This document shows, one piece after another, positions 53,401-62,400 of a DNA stretch of 64,000 nt. The translations under genes and the position numbers were made by a program. The DNA comes from Epiperipatus broadwayi (Eukaryota > Animalia > Onychophora), in NCBI GenBank assembly GCA_028023455.1, contig JAQFVV010000003.1:24738001-24802000 (forward strand), read 5' to 3'. The first letter of the stretch is position 1. Every line of letters starts with the position of its first letter. The notes beneath the pieces were generated by a model, which saw only the letters and a program-made list of their open reading frames with translations, searched no databases and was not told the DNA's origin.

Positions 53401-56400
53401 AAGAGTCTCATAGTGCATGGGGTAATTCGAAAACTTTTCACACTCCTGACTTCAATTTCAAATCCACAGCAAAGACAGATTTTTCAATGTAACTAAAAAA
53501 ATTACAAAATAAAGTATCCATCTAATCATCCAGTATTATTAAGTACATTATCTTTTTATTTTTAGTTGGAGAAAAATTGTAAAACCACTAACCAGCATTT
53601 GTCTAGCATAAGTATAATTTCTATTTCACTGGTATCTCTTAGGTCTTAAAGAAATGCAGAAGTTTTTCCCATGTAGTGGTCTATTAAAAAAATTATCACC
53701 TCATTTAAAAGCACACATGCATAGCTGTCTTGAGGGTATTTGAAACCAGTTAGGCAGCAACAATTATAAGTGTCTATAATTTATCTTCAGTGGTGTTTAA
53801 CTTTTCATACACAAGGAGTCAAATTAAATACACATTTGTATTTCCAGTTTCACAAATGAGTTTACTTTAAATTAGATAAATAAATATAGTTTTTTGAAGC
53901 AATTTATCTTCCAGCAATTTAATATATCTTTATCTGATAATGTACTTATTTCTATAAACAAATAAGATTTTTTAAAAGCTCTCTTTTCCAGGCTTACTTA
54001 GCAAACATCATCTAGGCATTTTTGTTTGCCTTAATGCAGCTACTAAGTTCTCACGGCTATCATGTTAATCCTTGGTTATTTACTACTTTATCCTAACCAT
54101 TTTTACAAGGAAGCAAATACCTTATCTTGTTAGACTGGGGGGTAGGGGTACAATTCATCTAATTATATGTAAATGATTTATTTGCATACAAATTTATTCA
54201 GTTTGATTTACAATCTTTGCAGGCACATATGTAGATTTTTCTAGAGTAGTTAAATAAAAATAATTCAATACTGAAGTAATCTGTATGTATTAACAAAAAT
54301 AATAAATAATCTTTATTTACAATATATATATATATCTTATACACATGGACAGTACACATACAAATACTTTAAATTAAACAGCCTTCAGAAGAACAATAAA
54401 AAAAATATTGACTAGACTGGAGAAATGTTAGATGACTAGGCTTATTTCTGTGGGAGCATGTATATACAAGGAAGAAAGAGAATCTTAAACAAAAACTAAT
54501 TGGTTGGTAAAGATTTAATGATTTCTCTGTCTTGTATATATATACAGTACAAGGTGAGCCAAAAATAAGTATATAATATTTGAAATGTCCTTCATCAGAG
54601 TGGTAACCTTCCTGGAATTTCTAATCTATCAGGGCCATATACTACTTTCGTGCAAATATTTTATACATATGTACATATAATGTGAATCTTTTCAGAAATA
54701 TATACAATATATAAATAATTTCAAAGATTATATATACATAAAACTTTTGGCCAATTCAGAAGCCCCCTATTTGCTATAAGCCACATATTTACTGTGTATA
54801 TTCTGATAGGTAATTTAAACATATGAACTTACAATGAAAAATGAGTATATATTCTCCTTACTTTAATATACATGAATGTATATGCACATGTATATTGAAA
54901 CAGTCAGTTTCATCCATCTGCCTGTTTCATGTATTTTACCTCCCATACCTATCTATGCCAGGTTTAAACCCTCTCAGAGAACCCATTTAAACAACCTTAA
55001 ATTACTATATATGCAGAATCGCACATATATATGCAAACGGTAAGTCTGTAATTTAATAATGTATGTATATATTACAGATATGTGTTCATTTTTAAAAGAT
55101 TTCTAGTTTAAGAAATATTTTAGTCTAAATTATTAGTCAATTTTATGGTTATATTACTGAAATCACATATGTATATAGACACAGTCCCGACTTGTTATTC
55201 TACATATATAGTAATATAATTAATTTTGCACTAATTACAAAAGCAGCCTTTAGTTTTACTTGTAAACAACTTTTAAATTAGGTCACGCAATAGTCTTAAA
55301 ATAGCGTGAACTTGATTTTATAAATCTAAAATTTTAATGACAATTCTCAGAATTTTATAGAGTTGTGATAATAAACTACAGGGGGGAAAAGGTAGAAAAA
55401 CAAAATTTAAATTACTTTTAGCAATTAAATATTTCTAAAATAAATTAATGGGTTTTTCAACTGCAGTCAAGCTTGTAAAAATAACCAGGTGGCCAGAGTA
55501 AGAAAAATATAAATACTTCAAGTTTTGTGGCCAAGAAGGGTTACGTATATTTAATAAGTGAATTGTAAACCAAATTCACGTTCGTTTTATCTTTAAAATG
55601 ATGGGATAAAGTAGGCGATCACTCACCTCTCTCCTGTGGGGGTGGAAAGAACTTTGGTCCAACAAAACATGATGAGCATATCTCGCCAAGCAGCCTGTAA
55701 AAGAACCTCCATTAATGTTAAATCATCACGAAAGGTGTCAATTTATTATCATCCCAAGTGCCCAGAACTGCAATGAAGACAACTGACTGGTAAATTTTCA
55801 CTCAGAGCTCTGTTCATAAACTGTGACTTTCAATTCTCTATTTTAAAGCTAGCTATTTATTAAACCTGCCTTTACAAACACCTTTTCTAAAATCTGCAAA
55901 GAAAGCTGTTAAATGCTAATGTTTGAATCTTGTCTGATTGTAAAACTTGTAATATTAAATTCTCTCTTAAAATGTAAAACTATGATAATCTATTTTAAAC
56001 TAAATGTATAATTTTCTGCGGTCTTTTATGCCTATTTCTGATCTATTCAATTTATTCTATAATTTTATCATTGTAATATTATATGTATTTAATATGCAAA
56101 ATAACTCGAAACTGCGAAATATTTCTAAATATAATTTTAGCTTATCGCTCTGTGAAGATAATTTCAAATCTTCACTATAATAAATATTAAATAATTGAAT
56201 TATTCTTTTTTTCACTCGCTGTTTTGAGATCATGTTATTATTTTACTGGTTAATTTTGGGTATTAATATTGTAATAATCAGTAGTACTCTAGTTAAAATT
56301 GTAGTTTGCTTCACTCTAGTTATAAATTATAACTATCTATATATGTAACTCGTACATCATAGGAACTAGCCACAAAGATATTATCAAAGCATATTTTTAA

Positions 56401-59400
56401 TGTTTTATCCGTAATTATCCCTCAAATATGCTTTGTCCTCCTTAGATTTATATATGTTGAGATGCAGGTGATAATCTTAAACTAGGTTACTAATTAATTT
56501 AGTCCCTAAATGGTATATTTGAAATACTAAACTTGAGAACTGGGTTGTATAGATATGCAAATAGATGCTATCTATTTTTAAGGCACGCTACGATAATTTT
56601 ATGTATTTGCATTATATACGTGTACAAGCTGCGGATGTGTCCTTACTAAGTATGCAATCTACAATTAACTGCTTGCTGCATGATTCTTGATGAGTTGCTG
56701 GTGGAGGTCATGCTTATCCACTTAGTTCAGGTAAAGCACACTCTTTTAGAATTGGAACACAAGGATCCAGATTATTCATAATTAATGCTTATCCGACTCC
56801 CTGAACTACTAATGTTCTTATTCGTAGCAAGTTGTTCAGTCATAGGGCAACCGAGCATTTGATGCTGAAGCCCATGAATAATGACCCATTCGCACCTTCT
56901 AGTTTTATTAATATTTTAAATATGTGCCATAGAGTATATAGGTAAACCTATAATAAACCAGTTTTCTCTCCTTTTATATTAAACGCTTATCCAGTGTCAG
57001 TGTATATCCTAATCTAGGTTAACATGCTAACCTGCTTATCTCTGAGCCTGCTTATGTGCTCAACTTAACTTGATATAGATAGATGCCATAGGAGCGCTAT
57101 TAAGTTAGTTATATAACTTTGGCTATTAAGTTCCATATGATTTAGCAGACTACACCAGAGCTATAAATTTGGCATATTAATATAGGCATAAACTTAAATA
57201 CTGCACTACACTTTATTGAACACTTTATGATGAGATGACAGGTAACATTAATCTCATTAGTTATGCAACACCTACGTGCATAATCTTTCACGTTCCCCAC
57301 TATATAATTTTGTATATTTTAGTTTTACTATCTTTTATTTTATTATTTATTAAATTAATATTATTTAAAATATAACTTGTTTTCATATCTTTATTGTCCT
57401 TGAGTTCATTTTTATCCAACTCTAGATTTATTTGCACATACCTCATTATATATATACATAGACCATTCTATTAGATTTCATAATCAATCATTGATAAATT
57501 AGTAGTTCACTTAGTCATGTGTGTGTATATCTAACCAAATCAGTGTTAAGTTAGTTAATTTATGAGTCTCTTGTTCCACTTTGAGTGACTGCCGGACCGA
57601 AATTGAATGTCTGTGTAACTTGTGAAATGTCATCCATAGGGTATTAGATCATTGAGCAGGGATGAAAGGATTGAATATTGGCTGGATTCTGGATCCCAGC
57701 ATCCAGATTCGATCAGCTTTAGTGTATTTTGCCTGTGTTCTAGATTTTGTTATGTGGAGGGACAATTCTTACCGTTACAATATATATACATTACATTTAG
57801 AGAGATTGTGTATATGTATAAATATGCGAATGCATATATATTTGAGTAGATAAAATCTTCATGATGTAATGCATCCAGGCTGAGTAAAATGAGAACTTTT
57901 ACCAGGTTCCAATCAAGCTTAGGACACCCCCACCCCCCCCAATAACCAATTCAGCTATAATTGATTGGTAAATGGATATCTAGCTATTCTTAGCTGAAAG
58001 AATGAAAAAAAAAATCAAAATTCTTATTAATTTACAAACTGGCAAACTTGGGAGGTGATAAGAATTGTTGAAGATGTCTTTGTTCAGTGGGCTTTTAAAG
58101 AATAGTTTTATTATTTATTCTTTGAAGTATTATAGAAATGGATAGTTTTATTATTTACTTAAACTATTTTTGTCAATTCATGTATTCTCCTCTTTCTTCA
58201 GCAGACATGATTATCCAATTTTAATTTAATGACATATACATATTAATAAACATTTTTATATATCAATAAAAATGAAAATGGGTTAAGACTTTTAAAGAGC
58301 AATAATAAAGTCCAAATACTTTCTATTTAAAAAAGAAAATAACCAAAAATGAAGTGCTATAAAAGGAAAGTTTATTTTTATTTGACACTGCAGTTTCTCA
58401 TAATTTATTCACGTAAAGGTAAAGTAAATTACTGTTTATGGGAATACAAAACGTGCCTCATCAATAGAACAAAGCTTGTACCATATTAAAATCTTGTTTT
58501 CTTTTTGATTAATGCGTTACAGTTCTTTAGTAAAAAAATAATTAGATTCATTTAAGACATTATTGAATGGATATCTAGTTAAATATGGGTCCGCTTAACT
58601 AAACTTGCTTAGAAAATTATTAGTAATTTGAATTATTTATTTAAAACATTTTATCTATACACAAATAGAATATATATATGCATATGAAGGTGCGGACATA
58701 TGTATTAACAATAGAAAATTTGAATTACTCGGAAAGTAAGTCCGAGCATTTAAATTTTTATTTTATCTATCTTAACTTAAAAACATCCGTGCGTAACCTG
58801 CGTGGTTTAATACAGTGGTAAAGCGTCAGACTCTGGAGTATAAGTTCCACGGATCGATTCCAGTTCTGACATTTCTATCCCTCAAAAATTCTATGAACTC
58901 TCAAATAATAAAGCCATTAGATTATTTATTCATTTACCAGCGCCGTTTCTTGTCTTTTCATATATACATAAATATTCTCTTATAGATATGCTAATGGATA
59001 ATATATAATTGATAAATATGTGTATAATCATATATTAAAACTATTAATATATATTCTGTAAACAAAGCATATAATTATATTTATATATGTATGACTTTGA
59101 AGCAACAAATACTTGTTTGACATATATATAAACACATTTAAAGCTATATTTTAGCACACACATATATAAAGAGAAACTATGCATAAAGCTAGCTGAAATT
59201 TCTATATTTTAAACACCCTATAACTATATGATTTTTAGTCACATTTCCTTTTAAATAAAGAAAAGCGTGAATTTTTATTTAAAGGAGAAAAGTGGCTGAA
59301 AGTAATACAGCTATTTGATGTTTAAAATATAATATATACATTTAAAATTGTGGCAGCAAAAAGAAGTTTGATGACAACTGAAAAATGATCCTTTAATTCC

Positions 59401-62400
59401 TCTTTGAGGTCTTAAAGACACCGAGTAGGGTAAATTCATAATATCCATTCCAAATATTCTTGTCGTTGCAGTTGATGCATTAGCTAGCATGCTGAGTTTA
59501 TTGACTTTTTATCTCTGAAATAAAGATCAAGAAACAATATAGTATTCCTTCTCAAAAGTCAAACAGTTCTTAATTGAAATATGACTTGAGTTTCCTAGAA
59601 GGAAGAATGGATGTGTGTATGAATGAACTTTTTTTTTAAAAATAGATATCTATAATCATGATGGGAAAAATTAAATTAAAATCTTTATTCTCAGAAGACT
59701 GTCAAGGCAGTGGGTAGTGACTGAAGGCAGAAGGTTCTAATAATTCCTTGATTGTGGATCTAGGCTCCCATTCGATTGTAATATCTTTTAATTATATATA
59801 TATATACAACTGCACAAAGGAAGATTGCATGAATTGGAAGAATTGTCTAATATTAAATGAAACATTGATGGACTTTGTGAAGTTAAAAAAAATGGTGAAG
59901 AGACAATTGATACAAAATGTAAATATATATTTTATTACAAAAATATAAATATTAGAAGCACAAGTGAAGTGAGATTCATTGTAAATAAAAATTGGAAGAA
60001 TAATATTGTGGAAGTTGATGAATATTCTAGGCAATGGCAACATTAGTAATTCAACTTAATGAAAGTTATAATTCAGGTTTGTATCTCAACAAGTTCTCAT
60101 TGTGTTAAAGAAGTAGAGGATTTTTATGTCAATGTACAAAAAGCCTTTTATCAGACCATAACAACATTTTAAAATTATCATGGCAGACTTTAATATTAGA
60201 ATTGGTAGACCATTGAAAGATGAAAGTGCCATGGGTAATTTTGGTTATGGTATTAAAAATAAAAGAGTTCACAGGAAAATGAAAACTATATATTATATAT
60301 TCTTACTTTGAAAAAAAAGCTAAATGAAAATTAAAAGCAGAATTGGTTTATATTTTGACTAACAGACAATATGTATGTCAAGATTGTAATGCTATTAATA
60401 GATCAACACAGGAAATGATCATGAATTAGTAAAATGCAAGATATATATTAATGCAAAACTAGAAAGACAAAAATTATTGAGAAAAACAGTATTCACAATT
60501 GATATTTGCAACCTTCAGAAGCATTTCATTGGATTTAAATTAGAATCCACAAATCATTTTAAAATCAGATTTTGAAGATGATTCAGATTTGAATGAAATC
60601 AATAGGAAGACAACTGACACTATTAAGAACTGCAGCAAAGGCAGTTGATACAAAAAAGCAGCAATTGGCCAGTAAAATTTCTATCGAGACAAATCAATTT
60701 ATGAAAAAAAGAAGGAATATGAAAATATAAAACTGATGCATTAAGAAGGATTGAATATCTAAAATTTTATAAAATGTTACCAAAAAAGATAATATAAAAA
60801 ATATATAATTGTAATTAACAAGGAAAGCTATAAAAGAGAATAAATGTCTCAAAAGTGTAAAGCAACATCTTGGCATTGGTAGGAAACTTATTTCTACAAT
60901 AAGAAGAAAATATGGAACTACTATTAAAAAGAGATGCCATCATGAAATGTGTAGAAGAATTTTATCAAAAAATATATAACAATAAAGAACAAGAAAACAA
61001 ATATTCCCTACACCTACTATATCTTCCAGCATTTTAAATGAAGAAGTGACAATTAAAGCTATAAAGAAGGGAAAAACTTCACGTCATGATGGAATTGTAA
61101 CTGATATCTTAAAAAAAGCATGTGGAGAAATAGAAAAATTGTTGGCAGTTACATACCAAATGTCTAAAAATAAAGATGCATCACATGATTGGAAAAATGC
61201 AGTAGTAATATTGATATTTAAGAAAATGATAAAGAAGATATTAGAAGTTACAGATATATCAATCTTTTATCAGTTCTACACAAAATTTTTATCAAGATAA
61301 TTACAACCTATTTATAGTGAACTTTGGATTTTAACCAAACAAAAGAACATAATGGATTTGAAAGCAGTTTTAGCACAATGAATCACATTCAAGTACTGGA
61401 AAAAGTCACTGAAAAGACCAATGAATATGGGTTACCATTATGTTTTGGATTTGCAAACTACAAAAAGGTATTTGGTTCTATAATCATTTTTGCAGTAATT
61501 AAAGCATTGAATCCTCAAGATATAAACCCAGAATATTATCATATTCTGAAGAATATTTATCAAAATGCAATAGCAATAATTGGATTACTTAGCAATGTTA
61601 AAAAGATTAATATAGAATGTACGACAGGGTGATTTCATATCTCTAAAATGTTTACATTAGTTTTACAAAGAGTATTTTGAGAATGGAAAGCTAAGGAAAT
61701 AAAAGTAAATGGTGATGATTTAAGTCATTTAGATTTTGCAGATAAAGTGATTATTATTGCAAAAATTGCTTCAGAACTTCATGAAATGTTGCAAAAATTA
61801 TCAGATGAAATTAAGAAAGTAGATCTAAAGATAAACACTAATATAATATTAATATCATTTATATTCTTTATTACTTATACAATGTTTTTTTTTTTTTTTT
61901 GAGATATAAGTAGAAGTTTTGAAGAAGATTGCTGGGGCAATCGAAACTGTCATATTAGGTTGTAAAAAAAAAATTGTAAAAATAATAAAGAATATAGATG
62001 ATATTTATATTATATAAATTTGGCAATGCAATAGAAAAGATAATGATAAATACTAAAAAAGACTAAAGTAATGTTCAATGGATTTTCTCATGAGTTAGAA
62101 GAAGTTAACAATTAAAATATCTTGGCTAGTTTATTAATATTTGAAATACAGGCACTCTTCACATATCTGGAACCTATTGTAAATATAGGGGATTTGAACT
62201 CAAACTTTCAAGCACCCTTCAACTATCCATACTATCTCATCCAACTGATGCACATGACCACATACATGTAGAAAAGATAAATAATCACCAATATACATAT
62301 TTAAAGCTAAACCAGCCATCGTCAGTTGGTTCAGATTATCATTTCTCACACATATATATAATCAGTGCTCAGTTTAAATTAAGATAGCAAGTCTTCATAT

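Noticed and set aside
1322-60876. Remaining short ORFs in the track
   Set aside because: Low-complexity F/I/L/K/Y-rich products typical of AT-rich non-coding DNA; no splice-compatible homology and not needed for the GRIP frame.
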